A DNA stretch of 64,000 nucleotides from an uncultured Gemmatimonadaceae bacterium (GCA_963817955.1 CAWFQK010000004.1:800001-864000); one strand, 5' to 3'; positions 38,334-48,848 are shown, counted from the stretch's first letter. Notes: generated by a model not told the origin, from the sequence alone. Numbers and translations are program-made.

Positions 38334-39241
38334 CCGACACCATCGTCGACGTCAGCCATCTTTCATACTACTATGGTCGTGTCGCCGTGTTGCGCGACGT
38401 GACGTTCTCCGTTCCGCGCGGTGCGCTGTATGCCCTGATCGGCCCGAACGGGGCCGGCAAGTCGACGCTGCTGCAGATCCTCAGTGGGCTTCGGCGTGCG
38501 CGCCACGGCGCCGCCACGGTGATGGGCAAGCCGAGCACCAAGCTCGCGACGGCCGACCGGGCGACGATCGGCTACATCGGCGAGGGGCAGTTGCTTCCGG
38601 GATGGATGCGGCTCGAGCAGTTGGAGGCATACCTCGCGCCGCTCTACGACACGTGGGACGCGCAGCTCGCCGACCACTTGCGCGAACGTTTCGAGCTCGA
38701 CCCGTCGCAGAAGATTCGCCAGCTTTCGCGCGGCGAATACATGAAAGCGGCCCTGCTCTGCGCGCTCGCGCCGCGCCCGCAGCTCCTGATCATGGACGAA
38801 CCGTTCACGGGCATGGATGCGCTCGTGAAGGACGAGCTCGTACGCGGCCTCCTCGAATCGGCCGGCAGCGAAGGATGGACGGTGCTCCTCTGTTCGCACG
38901 ACATCGGCGAGCTCGAGCTGCTGGCCGACTGGGTTGGCTTTCTCGACCGGGGCGTCATGCGTCTGTCGGAGCCGATGGACGTGCTGCGGCAGTGCTACAA
39001 GCACGTCGAGTTGACGACCGACGAGCCGCTTGGCGGCGTGACGATTCCCGACAGTTGGCTGTCTCTGGACCACGCCGCGTCGCGCGTCGAATTTGTCGTG
39101 GCGCACGAAGGCGACGACGTACTGAACCGCGTGGTGGCGCCTGTGCTGCCGCGCGCAACCAACGTGACGGTGCGTCCGGCGTCGCTCCGCGAGACGTTCG
39201 TCGCACTCGCGCGGCGTCCGCACCAGAGCGTGCCGGAATGA
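38330..39241 (+). CDS. ABC transporter ATP-binding protein (YtrB-like)
   Basis: GPNGAGKST, LSRGE, LLIMDEP, CSH. Confidence 0.93.
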   Translation: MTDTIVDVSHLSYYYGRVAVLRDVTFSVPRGALYALIGPNGAGKSTLLQILSGLRRARHGAATVMGKPSTKLATADRATIGYIGEGQLLPGWMRLEQLEAYLAPLYDTWDAQLADHLRERFELDPSQKIRQLSRGEYMKAALLCALAPRPQLLIMDEPFTGMDALVKDELVRGLLESAGSEGWTVLLCSHDIGELELLADWVGFLDRGVMRLSEPMDVLRQCYKHVELTTDEPLGGVTIPDSWLSLDHAASRVEFVVAHEGDDVLNRVVAPVLPRATNVTVRPASLRETFVALARRPHQSVPE

Positions 39242-40752
39242 CGCGCGCGACACAGGTGCGGCACATCCTCGCCAAGGATCTCCGCGAGCAGCGCTGGCCG
39301 ATCGCCGTGTACATGATCGTCGTCGCGATCGCGTCGGTGAACGGCGCAATGCCGACGGGCGAGGCGCGCGGGATGGCGGGGATGCTCGCCGTGATCGTCG
39401 TCGGAGTGCTGGTCGCGGCAGTCGTGGTCCAAGCCGATTCCCCCGCGCGCGCCGACGCGCTGTGGAAGTCGCGCCCCATCTCCCCCGCCGCGATGCTCGG
39501 CGCCAAGAGCGCGTTCATCCTGCTCGCACTGGTCGCGCTTCCGGTTGCCGGGGAGGCAATCGGCCTCCACGCCGCTGGCGTGTCCGCCGGCAGGCTCCCG
39601 GTGATGCTCGCCGTCGCCGCCGCAGCGTACATAGAAATACTCATTATGGCGGTACTCTTGGCGGCCGTCACCGCGACGCTGTCCACGTTTGCGGTTGCGC
39701 TCGTCGCTTGCAACCTGGCATGCATGGTCGTGATGGAAGGGGCGTTCGCCAACGTGAGCGAACACTCCCATTGGCGCGGCCCGGTGCTCATGATGGTCGC
39801 GGTCGCTGCGGCGTGCGGGGTGTCGGTTTTCGCTTACCGGACGCGCGCCGCACGGCGAGGCACGAGCGTCGCCGCGGTGCTCTGCGTCGCCGCGATCAGC
39901 GTTGCCTTCGAGCTCTCACCCGCGACGCCGAGCGTGTCGGAACACGTCGGCGCGGTAGGCATGCTGCTGCCGCTCACCGCACGGGTGAACGATACCCTGT
40001 CATGGAAGAACGCATCGTCGCTCGCCGGCACGCTCATCCCCGACACTACCGGGGATGCGGTACGGGTGTTGTACCAGGCCACTGCGGTCATTCACCTGCG
40101 CAACGGCAAGACACTACCCGCCCGGCTCGATCGCTCGATCAGACTGTGGGCGCCGCCGCCACGCGACATTGCCGGCGCGCACTGGATGGACGATCTCCCG
40201 TTGCAACCCCGCTTGGAAAGCGTTGTATTATATGTATTCCCCAAACAAGGCTCCGCGATCGGCGCGGCCGGGGGGTTCGAGTCCGTTACGATCAGCGGGT
40301 GGGTCGCGGAGTTCGTGCCGCACGTCGCGGGGACCATGCCGGCGCGCAACGGCGCGCAGCTGACCGCGGAGGGCTCGCGCTATCGAATTCGATCGATCTC
40401 GCGCGACTATCAGCGTCCCGCCGTCGAGATCTCGGAAACATCGGTTAGAACGGACAACACGTCGGCGCTTCCGCTGCCTTCAGGCGAACCACGCCCGCCC
40501 GTCCATCCCGCGCTCGCGCTGATCGGCGCGGCGGTGCCCGGAACGTCGGTGTTCAACCACGAAGAGACGCAGTGGAGCACATACTTGTTGCTCTCCGGAC
40601 CAGAGATCAGGCAAACCATTCGACGATACCGACTGTCGATCGCCGACACGCAGCAGACCGTTGGAGACATCTTCGGTTCCGCTCGCATCGTGCTTGTCGC
40701 CTGGCATCTCCGTTCCCTCCACCCTGTAAGGGTCGAGGTGAAGGCGCCATGA
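39238..40752 (+). CDS. ABC-2-type permease-like protein with large extracytoplasmic C-domain
   Basis: RHILAKDLR start, about 8 TM segments, W.SRPIS motif; ATGA coupling. Confidence 0.75.
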   Translation: MTRATQVRHILAKDLREQRWPIAVYMIVVAIASVNGAMPTGEARGMAGMLAVIVVGVLVAAVVVQADSPARADALWKSRPISPAAMLGAKSAFILLALVALPVAGEAIGLHAAGVSAGRLPVMLAVAAAAYIEILIMAVLLAAVTATLSTFAVALVACNLACMVVMEGAFANVSEHSHWRGPVLMMVAVAAACGVSVFAYRTRAARRGTSVAAVLCVAAISVAFELSPATPSVSEHVGAVGMLLPLTARVNDTLSWKNASSLAGTLIPDTTGDAVRVLYQATAVIHLRNGKTLPARLDRSIRLWAPPPRDIAGAHWMDDLPLQPRLESVVLYVFPKQGSAIGAAGGFESVTISGWVAEFVPHVAGTMPARNGAQLTAEGSRYRIRSISRDYQRPAVEISETSVRTDNTSALPLPSGEPRPPVHPALALIGAAVPGTSVFNHEETQWSTYLLLSGPEIRQTIRRYRLSIADTQQTVGDIFGSARIVLVAWHLRSLHPVRVEVKAP

Positions 40753-42284
40753 ACGCGGCTCGTCAAGTCGCTCACGTCGCCGCGAAGGACGTGCGCGATT
40801 CCGCAGGGTCGCTCGCCGGCTACTGGGCGGTCGTCATGCTCGTGACGCTCAACGCGCGCGCATGGCGTCCGGACTCGGAATTTCTCGCCGGCTCGTCGAT
40901 CTACCTGATCGTGCTTTATGGAATAGTCATCGCGGCCTCATTCGTACTTGCTGACTCTCCCACGCGCCCCGGTGCGTACTGGACATCCAAACCGCTCGCA
41001 CCGTTCGCCGTGCTCGCCGCAAAGTGGCTGGTGATCGTCGTCGCCGTGCTAACGCCGCCGGTAGTGGGCCAATATGCCGCACTGCACGCGCGCGGATTGT
41101 CCGGCGACCACCTCGGCTATTATCTGCTGCGGTCCGCGCTCACGTACGCCGCCTGGCTCCTTGCCGCGATGACCGTGGCGGCGATCTCACGTTCGTTGCG
41201 CGCCTTTCTTTTCACGGTAGTCCTCGTTCCGATCGGCGCGGTGATCGCGGCTGCTGCGTGGGGGGCGATATCGATCAACGAGTCGAATCTGCTCACGCGA
41301 TCGCTGGTCGTCGTGGGATTCGGTGGCTCCGTGGCGGTTTTGGTCGGGCTGTATCAACGGCGCGACGCCAGTCGTGCGTGGCGCAGTTGTGCGACCGCAG
41401 TGGCGGTCGCCGGTCTCGTGTGCCACATCGGTGTCCCCGATCTCGATGTCACCGCCATCGACTCTGAGCCTTCGCGACCGGTGGGCGCATCCGCATCGGT
41501 GATGACGGCGACGTTTCGCGACTACGCGCACCCTTTCTCGATCACCGTTCAGGCGAACACCACTGGGGCCGAGCAACTCGTGTCGGTATCCGACGAATCG
41601 CTCGTGTTCATGTTCCACGGAGGCGACAGTCTCGTGATGCCGCTCAGCGGGCGAAGGATCGTGCTCGCGGCGCCGCCGCCGTCCCTCGAATCGCCGTGGC
41701 AGTGGCGGCGTCCCGCTCCGTCCATGCCGATCGGTGCGACGCAATTCGACATCGAGCTCGACTCGGCGCAGCACGCGGCCGTGGTAGCGCACGTGGTCGA
41801 TTCGCTCGTTCTTCAGGGACGCGGCGCCGCGTGGGACGCGCACACCATCGCCGAGGTGCCGGCGCGGACTGGAGCGATGGCCGTCGGCGAAGGCGATCGT
41901 GTAACGGTCCTGACCGTCGGGCGACGGGACGCTGACGTGTTCGCCGACGTCCGGACGTCGGCCCTCTCACGTTCGATCGTCGACAGCCCCGGGGACCAGG
42001 GACTCTCGTTCACACGGGCCGCATTGGTCAACCTCGACACGCGCGAAGCAATCTCCCTCGAGCCGCAGTCGACCTCGTCCGGCACCACATCCCTGGTGCT
42101 CTCGTCGCCCCAGATACATGGCGACTCGACGCATTTCCGTAGTCCGATCGCGACGCCGAACGGCGAAGGGTTTGGCCCACGGGACGCATGGTTTACTCAT
42201 TCTCACTTACTGATCATCGGCTGGCATTGGCGCAGCAGCTTTTCGTGGCGTATCTCTGTCGGTCCGGCCAGGACTCGGCCTTAG
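40749..42284 (+). CDS. Second, paralogous ABC-2-type permease-like protein
   Basis: QVAHVAAKDVR, ADSP..PGAYWTSKPL..AAK resembles the upstream gene; ATGA coupling. Confidence 0.75.
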   Translation: MNAARQVAHVAAKDVRDSAGSLAGYWAVVMLVTLNARAWRPDSEFLAGSSIYLIVLYGIVIAASFVLADSPTRPGAYWTSKPLAPFAVLAAKWLVIVVAVLTPPVVGQYAALHARGLSGDHLGYYLLRSALTYAAWLLAAMTVAAISRSLRAFLFTVVLVPIGAVIAAAAWGAISINESNLLTRSLVVVGFGGSVAVLVGLYQRRDASRAWRSCATAVAVAGLVCHIGVPDLDVTAIDSEPSRPVGASASVMTATFRDYAHPFSITVQANTTGAEQLVSVSDESLVFMFHGGDSLVMPLSGRRIVLAAPPPSLESPWQWRRPAPSMPIGATQFDIELDSAQHAAVVAHVVDSLVLQGRGAAWDAHTIAEVPARTGAMAVGEGDRVTVLTVGRRDADVFADVRTSALSRSIVDSPGDQGLSFTRAALVNLDTREAISLEPQSTSSGTTSLVLSSPQIHGDSTHFRSPIATPNGEGFGPRDAWFTHSHLLIIGWHWRSSFSWRISVGPARTRP

Positions 42285-42407
42285 CGCGGGCGACCCCTTC
42301 GAGGGACCTCCAGGGCGAATGCCGGGTACGCAGCGCAGCTGCAACGCTCGAATCAGCGAAACCGGCCGCGGCCTTGCCATTGTGAGAGACACGAGGAACC
42401 CATCCCG

Positions 42408-45002
42408 ATGAAGCTGCACCAGTGCCTTGCCAGCCTGCTGCTGTGCGTCTGCCCGGCCGTCGTCGCGGCGCAGTCGCGGCCCGCTCCGCGGCGCCAGCCG
42501 CTCACACCGGAGCTCGAGCGTTCGGCATTCGCCGACTCGGCTGCCCGAGTGATTCTGCATCGCGCACGCGCCGCGCGTCTGACGCAAGACTCGGCGCTGC
42601 GCGGCTACGATGCCAAGACCTTTCTTCGCTTCTCGGTTGCGATGGGCGTGCGCCTGGCGCCAGACAAGCTGCTCATGCGTGCCGAGCAGGCGGCACACGT
42701 GCGTTGGACGCGCGGTTCCGGCGTCTGGGTCGAGCCGACTGCGCGGCGTACCGGCGTACCGATGGGCGCCGGTGACATGGACATGAGCGCCGCGACGCCA
42801 ATTCCCTATTTCCCCGGCCGCGAATCGCTCTGGATTCCGTCGAGCAGGATGGGCGTCGTCAACGCGGAGGTGAATGAGAAGGAGTTCATTCATCCGCTCG
42901 CGACCGGCGCCGAGGCGTACTACCGGTACGAAAGTGGTGGAGCGGTGAACATCACGCTGCCAAACGGACACGCGATTGCGCTGCGGGAGCTGCGCATCAC
43001 GGCGCGCCGGCCCGACTGGCATGCCTTCGTCGGGTCATTCTGGTTCGACGCCGACGGCGGCAATCTCGTACGAGCGGCCTACCGCATGTCGACGGAGCTC
43101 GACCTTTGGCAAATGTCCCGGGACGACTGGCGCCGTCAGATGCAGGAAGCCGAGGCGAAGGCCAAGTCCGATACGGCGGCGGTCTCGGCGGCTGCCCGCA
43201 AGGAGATCGAGCGGCTCAAGATGGGAGTGCTCCAGAAGCTCGGCGCCAAGACGACCGAAGGCATTTTCAGCCCGGCGAAGGCGAATCTCTCCGCGGTCAC
43301 CGTCGAATACGGGTTGTACGAAGGGCGCTTCTGGCTGCCCAAGCTGAATGTCGCGGAAGGCGAGATACGAGTCGGATTCGTCCATCTTCCAGTGCGCTGG
43401 CAGGAAGCTTTCGACTACAACAGTGTGAACGGCGCCGACGCGCTATCGCCGATGCCCGTTCGTGCACAGGGCGCGCACGCCGACAGCGACACGCTGTACG
43501 TCGGCGGCGGAAGCATCAGCATCGGCACCGACATGCCACGGCGTGGCGGCTCGATCGACACGATGGCCATGCGCGCGCGCGAGGATTCCGTCATTCGGGT
43601 ATCCTCACGCCGTGCCGATAGCTTGCAGCGCGTCGCGGACAGCCTGCGAGCGGCGGGCGCCGATACGGCGAGACTCAACCGTGTGCTCCGTCGGGCAACA
43701 CGCAATCGCGCGGCCGTTCGGCAGATCGAGCGGCGGCGCGAGGGCTGCGCACACGACAGCACGTATTACGCAGGCACGGCCTCGCGGTACAACGGCGCGC
43801 TCCACACGGCGATTCACCTGCCCTGCGATCCGAACAAGCTTGCCACCTCGTCCGATCTCCCGGGCTCGATCTACGACAATGGCGAGCAGCTGTTCGGCAC
43901 CACGGAGCGCGACGAGATGCTCAAGGCGCTCGACCTCGATCTACAGCCGGGTTGGGGACCGCAGTGGCCCACGTGGCATTCGGGCACCGATCTCATTCGA
44001 TACAATCGCGTCGAGGGATTGTCAGTTGGGCTGTCCGCAACATCATCGCTGGGCCTCGGCTACACCGCGCAGGCTATCGGGCGGATCGGAACCGCCGATC
44101 ACTCGCCCAATGGCGAGCTGTCCCTCTCGCGATCCAACGGTCGTCAAACGCTCAATGGCGCCGTGTTCCGCCGGCTCGGCGTCGCGAATGACGATTGGGG
44201 GCAACCACTCTCGTTCAGCGCCTCGCTGTCCAATCTGTTGTACGCGCGCGACGAAGGATTCTACTACCGCACCTGGGGCGCGGAGCTCGGCGGCACTCGT
44301 GACGCGCCCGGGCCCTTGACCGGTGCGAAACTGTCGTGGCGCGCCTTTGCCGAACGCCAAAGCAGCGCCGGCGTGACGCCGAACACGCAGGGATCGCTCG
44401 CACACGCGTTCAGCGGCACGAACTTCGTCGACAACATCGATGCCACAAAGCTTACGACGTTTGGCGTGAGTACCGACCTGTCGCGCACCTTCGGCGAGGA
44501 TCCGGACCGCATGCGGCTTTTCGCGCGCGCGCGAGTCGAAGGAGCGCTGACCAACCGCTCTGATTCCGTCGGGACGGCGGGCTACGGCCGATTCGTTCTC
44601 GACGCGACGGCCACGCATCACATCGGTGGATTCGATGCGTCACTGACGGGCGCCGGTGGTATTGCCGCCGGTGATTTGCCGATTCAACGCGCGTTCTTCA
44701 TCGGCGGCATGCAAACGGTGCGTGGCGAATACGCGCGTCTGGCCGGTGCTGGACGTGTCGGCGATGCGTTCTGGCTGGGCCGGCTGGAGACCGGGCCACA
44801 CGTGCCTGGCTTTCGTCCGGTCGCCTTTTACGACATCGGATGGGCGGGAGGCCGCGGCGATTTCACGCACGAGAGCCGGCCGCTGCAAGGTGCCGGCGTC
44901 GGTCTCTCGATGCTCGACGGCATGTTACGGATCGACGCGGCCCGTGGGCTCTGGCCCGAACGGAACTGGCGTTGGGGCGTGTATCTCGGCTCGCGGTTCT
45001 GA
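42408..45002 (+). CDS. Large exported protein with probable C-terminal outer-membrane beta-barrel
   Basis: Signal peptide, RYNRVEGL, FYDIGWAG, terminal WGVYLGSRF beta-signal. Confidence 0.75.
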   Translation: MKLHQCLASLLLCVCPAVVAAQSRPAPRRQPLTPELERSAFADSAARVILHRARAARLTQDSALRGYDAKTFLRFSVAMGVRLAPDKLLMRAEQAAHVRWTRGSGVWVEPTARRTGVPMGAGDMDMSAATPIPYFPGRESLWIPSSRMGVVNAEVNEKEFIHPLATGAEAYYRYESGGAVNITLPNGHAIALRELRITARRPDWHAFVGSFWFDADGGNLVRAAYRMSTELDLWQMSRDDWRRQMQEAEAKAKSDTAAVSAAARKEIERLKMGVLQKLGAKTTEGIFSPAKANLSAVTVEYGLYEGRFWLPKLNVAEGEIRVGFVHLPVRWQEAFDYNSVNGADALSPMPVRAQGAHADSDTLYVGGGSISIGTDMPRRGGSIDTMAMRAREDSVIRVSSRRADSLQRVADSLRAAGADTARLNRVLRRATRNRAAVRQIERRREGCAHDSTYYAGTASRYNGALHTAIHLPCDPNKLATSSDLPGSIYDNGEQLFGTTERDEMLKALDLDLQPGWGPQWPTWHSGTDLIRYNRVEGLSVGLSATSSLGLGYTAQAIGRIGTADHSPNGELSLSRSNGRQTLNGAVFRRLGVANDDWGQPLSFSASLSNLLYARDEGFYYRTWGAELGGTRDAPGPLTGAKLSWRAFAERQSSAGVTPNTQGSLAHAFSGTNFVDNIDATKLTTFGVSTDLSRTFGEDPDRMRLFARARVEGALTNRSDSVGTAGYGRFVLDATATHHIGGFDASLTGAGGIAAGDLPIQRAFFIGGMQTVRGEYARLAGAGRVGDAFWLGRLETGPHVPGFRPVAFYDIGWAGGRGDFTHESRPLQGAGVGLSMLDGMLRIDAARGLWPERNWRWGVYLGSRF

Positions 45003-45036
45003 TCGGAGCCCGGGGCGACTCGATCGCCGGATTCGG

Positions 45037-45705
45037 TCACGACACCGGTGCACAGTGATCGCAGCAGGCCTCGCCGCGTAGCCCCTTCAAGCCTTCGCGC
45101 ACGATGATGGGCGTCATCGCGAGCGCCGCCACGGGATCGGCCCACCACAAACCGAAGCACGCATTCAGCGCGACCCCTGAGAGCGCGATCACTGACAGGT
45201 ACGCGCAGAGCGAACTCTGTGCGGCGTCTGCTTCCAGCGCGCGACTCGACAGTCCCCGCGCGACCTGGCGCTTGTAATGCGCCAGGAGCGGCATGACCAC
45301 GACGGACATCACGAGAACTATGATGCCGACGACGCTCGGCTCCGGCCGCTCCCGGAGCCACAGCGTCTGTCCGCTGTCGTAGAGCACGTACGCGGCGAGA
45401 GCCAGGAAGCTCCAGCCGATCACTCGCACCGTTATCCCCTCGGCGCGCTCACGGCGAGTCGGGTCGATGTCGGCCCGCAATCGCCATTGCGCGGCGGCGG
45501 CGGCGGTCACCTCGATCGCACTGTCAAAGCCGAAGCCGACGAGAGCGACGCTTCCGGCGAGGAAACCAGCCAGGATCGAGGCGACCGCCTCGAGCGTGTT
45601 GTAGCCGATGGTCGCATAGTTGAGCCAGAGCCCTCGATTGACGAGACGCTCGCGTTCTTCGGCGGACAGCGCGGCGGCGGTCGCTCCGGTTTGCGAAGAC
45701 GTCAT
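45037..45705 (-). CDS. Cation transporter (short CDF-like) with Cys-rich tail
   Basis: YNTLEA, SVALVGFGFDSAIE, WWADPVAAL, C-terminal ACCDHC. Confidence 0.85.
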   Translation of the reverse strand: MTSSQTGATAAALSAEERERLVNRGLWLNYATIGYNTLEAVASILAGFLAGSVALVGFGFDSAIEVTAAAAAQWRLRADIDPTRRERAEGITVRVIGWSFLALAAYVLYDSGQTLWLRERPEPSVVGIIVLVMSVVVMPLLAHYKRQVARGLSSRALEADAAQSSLCAYLSVIALSGVALNACFGLWWADPVAALAMTPIIVREGLKGLRGEACCDHCAPVS

Positions 45706-45897
45706 TCTCACTCCGACGGAGAGTTTGGCGGTGGCTGGGGGCGCTGCGTGTGTAACAAACCTCCCGACGCGCGCTGACGCGAGTCCGGACCGCCACGCCG
45801 CTCCCGGATCAGGCATACACCGTGGATTGCAATCGGTTGGCAGACAGCGTTCGCTGTGGCATCTTTCTCAGCCGGCGTTGCCGAGCAACGTCTATTG

Positions 45898-45984
45898 GGG
45901 CAGGTGGCCGAGCGGTTGAAGGCACTGGTCTTGAAAACCAGCGGGCGCGCGAGCGTCTCGTGGGTTCGAATCCCACCCTGCCCG
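45898..45984 (+). tRNA. tRNA-Ser(UGA)
   Basis: Acceptor GGGCAGG/CCTGCCC, anticodon arm CTGGT-CTTGAAA-ACCAG, long variable arm, GGTTCGAATCC; CCA not encoded. Confidence 0.95.
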
Positions 45985-45988
45985 TGCA

Positions 45989-46711
45989 GTGCGTCATAAA
46001 GCCAGCACCCACCCGTCGTCGGCGGTACGAATCGACGCAGTCAACACTCGACTGACTCGCGTCGTCATACGTTACAGCAGCCTGACTTCGGCGGAGCTCG
46101 CAATCCTCACCGACAGCGACGAATCAAACCTCAACGAACTGGTCGCGCGCGCCCGCGAAGGCAGTGACGTCGCCTTCGACGCGCTCGCGTCGCGTGTGCG
46201 TGACCGAGTTCGTGGCTGGGCACGGCGTCTCACTGTGGATCATGACGACGCCGAGGACGTAGCACAGCTCGTGCTGTTGCGCCTGCATCAGCAGGTCACG
46301 GCGTTTGAGGGGCGGAGCCGCTTCACGACGTGGCTCTATGCCGTCACGACGCGAGTGGCGCTCTCGCGGCGTGCGAAGCAACGGCGACGAGAGCGTCTGA
46401 CGGAAGGTCGCGCCCATGAGCTGACGGCCGCGGTGGCAGCGGATCCCGTCCCGGGCGATGACGCATTCGCAGGCGATTCAGACGCAGTCCGCCTGGCCTT
46501 GCTCGTCCCGTCGTATCTCGACGTGCTGAGTGGCCGTGAACGGGAGATCTTTGAACTTGGCGACTTACGAGGATTCAATTCCACGGAGATCGCCGAACGA
46601 CTCGGCGTCAAGGCGGTCACCGTGCGGACGCAATTGATGAGAGCGCGACGCAAGATTCGTCTTCGGATGCTCGAAGAACATCCGGCGCTATTGGAGGGCT
46701 ATAACGCATGA
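45989..46711 (+). CDS. ECF RNA polymerase sigma factor
   Basis: DAEDVAQ..FEGRSRFTTWLY (region 2), EIAERLGV..TVRTQLMRAR (region 4); true start probably near 46082-46103. Confidence 0.88.
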   Translation: MRHKASTHPSSAVRIDAVNTRLTRVVIRYSSLTSAELAILTDSDESNLNELVARAREGSDVAFDALASRVRDRVRGWARRLTVDHDDAEDVAQLVLLRLHQQVTAFEGRSRFTTWLYAVTTRVALSRRAKQRRRERLTEGRAHELTAAVAADPVPGDDAFAGDSDAVRLALLVPSYLDVLSGREREIFELGDLRGFNSTEIAERLGVKAVTVRTQLMRARRKIRLRMLEEHPALLEGYNA

Positions 46712-47379
46712 AATGCTCAGCGATGTTGACGCTCTTGCTCGAGGCCGAACGAGCGGAGCTCGAGGGAATCGGAAGTTCGACCGTGGCGGCTCATGTACGC
46801 GAATGCGCGGCCTGCCGGGCAGTCGCATCTCGGTTGCTCACGGACACGTCGACGCTCGCGGCGCATGTCCGCGCTCGGGGAGTCCAGCTACGCTCGGCAG
46901 CGCCAGCGACGGCGAGGCGGACACCCAAGCTCGCACACGTTGCCCTCTGGGGGGGCGCGATCGCGGCTACGGCTGCCACTGTGCTGCTCCTCACGCTGGA
47001 GCGGCGCGCACCCGACGCAACACACCCGAGCGTAGCGACGGTCAAACCGGCGTTGCCGGCATCGAGCGTGGCAATGTGGCCGGAGGCGACCCGACCATCG
47101 AAACCGGTCGGTGCGTCATCACCGTCGAAACCACCCCGCCCGTCCTCACCGTCGAGACCAGCCCTTGCGACCCCACCGAGCGGTCTGGTCCCGGTGCAGG
47201 CGAAGCGTTTCCCCGATGCAGTCGCTGCAACACCCGTGCAATTCATCGCGTCTCAACCCGTGGAACAGCCGATGCGACCTTCCGACTCAACAGGCGTATC
47301 CGTCACTCCACCTGCCGGCACACGTTCCCTCGTACTGGCTACCAGGGATCCGAAGATCACCGTCGTTTGGTTGTATTAG
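46708..47379 (+). CDS. Zinc-binding (ZAS) anti-sigma factor
   Basis: HVRECAAC motif, TM helix, Pro-rich periplasmic part; ATGA-coupled to the sigma gene. Confidence 0.8.
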   Translation: MKCSAMLTLLLEAERAELEGIGSSTVAAHVRECAACRAVASRLLTDTSTLAAHVRARGVQLRSAAPATARRTPKLAHVALWGGAIAATAATVLLLTLERRAPDATHPSVATVKPALPASSVAMWPEATRPSKPVGASSPSKPPRPSSPSRPALATPPSGLVPVQAKRFPDAVAATPVQFIASQPVEQPMRPSDSTGVSVTPPAGTRSLVLATRDPKITVVWLY

Positions 47380-47401
47380 CGACCACAGAAAGGACTTTCA
47401 T

Positions 47402-48142
47402 ATGAGCACTCGATTTATTCGTGCGGCATTGCTTGCCTGTGTCGTGCTAGGCTCCTCGCGTCTGAGCGCGCAGGCGGACCAGGATCCGCAAGTCGTTCGG
47501 ACCTTTCCGCTCAAGTACCTCTCAAACAGTGATGCGGCGAAACTGGTGTCGCCGTACGTACAACTCACCTCGTTTGCAGCAGGCGTGTTCGAAGCTGGCG
47601 ATGCCGTGCACGCCATTACCGTACGGGCGCTACCACCGGTCCTGGTCCGTGTCGACAGCCTCTTGAAAGCCAACGACCGCCCGCGCCCGAACGTTGTCTT
47701 CCAGCTGCAACTGATCGCCGCCAGTGACTCGGCGGTGCACGATTCAGGCATTGCGCCGTTGGACGCGGAACTGCACAATCTCTTTCGATTCAAGGGCTAT
47801 CGACTGCTGTCGCAGAACACGGCGTGGACGAGTGAAGGAGGGACCTTCTCGACTACCATGCGCGGCGACGACGGCGATGTCATTTCTGTGTCGGGCACGT
47901 TGCGAAGCGTTCGGCGGGACGATCCGCAGACAGTGCAATTGGCGGTCGACTTGCGTCATGTATCTCGTCAGATCGACATGCTGAACGGTGGGAAGATGAC
48001 CGCCGAGGTGAATCGTCCGTTGCTGAGTACGGACCTGACCATTCCGATAGGCCAGACCGTGGTGGTCGGAAGCGCCATATCCGGGTGGTCGGCCCAGGCG
48101 ATCATTCTCACCGTTCGACCGGAGCTTCGAGCGAAGCCGTAA
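47402..48142 (+). CDS. Hypothetical exported protein (possible secretin-N/NolW-like motif)
   Basis: AAGGA RBS, signal peptide, RTFPLKYL..AAKLVSPY..DSLL...D pattern. Confidence 0.7.
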   Translation: MSTRFIRAALLACVVLGSSRLSAQADQDPQVVRTFPLKYLSNSDAAKLVSPYVQLTSFAAGVFEAGDAVHAITVRALPPVLVRVDSLLKANDRPRPNVVFQLQLIAASDSAVHDSGIAPLDAELHNLFRFKGYRLLSQNTAWTSEGGTFSTTMRGDDGDVISVSGTLRSVRRDDPQTVQLAVDLRHVSRQIDMLNGGKMTAEVNRPLLSTDLTIPIGQTVVVGSAISGWSAQAIILTVRPELRAKP

Positions 48143-48277
48143 GGGGCGATGCGGACAGGTGGTCTGTTGATCCGCTGGCCGAAAACCCGACCCCCGACGG
48201 CCGGGCAGCGACGAGGACGCCCTGTGCGTAAGTTACGCGTACTCCCTTTCATTCGGACGCCAGCGAAGGAGACCACC

Positions 48278-48829
48278 ATGATTCGCCGTAATCTGCTGCT
48301 CGCCAGCTTGCTCGTTCTTCCATCGGTCGCCGTCGCTCAGCGGGGCGGACGCGTGCACCCCGATGGCCATACGTCGAACGATGAAATCACGCCCAAAGGG
48401 CCCGCGTTACGCGTGCGCGACCTCGAGGACGCCAGCCCACTCAAGCTGATCATCGACAAGCGGAAAGACCTCAAGCTCAACGATGCGCAGCTCTCGCAGA
48501 TGAAGGACGCCGAGAAGAAGATGAAGGAAAAGACCGACCCGCAGTTGAAGGCGATCGACTCCACGCTGCATGAGATGCGGCCGCCGGTCGGCACACCGTC
48601 CGACGAAGACAAGGTGCGCCTGCGGAATGCGCGCGAAGGGGTGAGCACCGCACTCGGCGGCTTGAACACCACCTACGAAGCCGCCGCGAAAGAAGCTATT
48701 GCGCTGCTCGATCCGGACCAGCAGGCCAAGGCCACGGAGCTGGTGACCAAACAGCGCGACGAGACGGCCAAGATGATTCGCGAGAAGTTGAGTGGCGGCG
48801 AGCGCCGCGGTGGCGGCGAGCATCCGTAG
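48278..48829 (+). CDS. Periplasmic helical protein, Spy/CpxP-like
   Basis: AAGGAG RBS, signal peptide, LKLNDAQ and LLDPDQQ (LTxxQ-like) motifs. Confidence 0.7.
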   Translation: MIRRNLLLASLLVLPSVAVAQRGGRVHPDGHTSNDEITPKGPALRVRDLEDASPLKLIIDKRKDLKLNDAQLSQMKDAEKKMKEKTDPQLKAIDSTLHEMRPPVGTPSDEDKVRLRNAREGVSTALGGLNTTYEAAAKEAIALLDPDQQAKATELVTKQRDETAKMIREKLSGGERRGGGEHP

Positions 48830-48848
48830 GCCACGCCAATGCAGGCCG

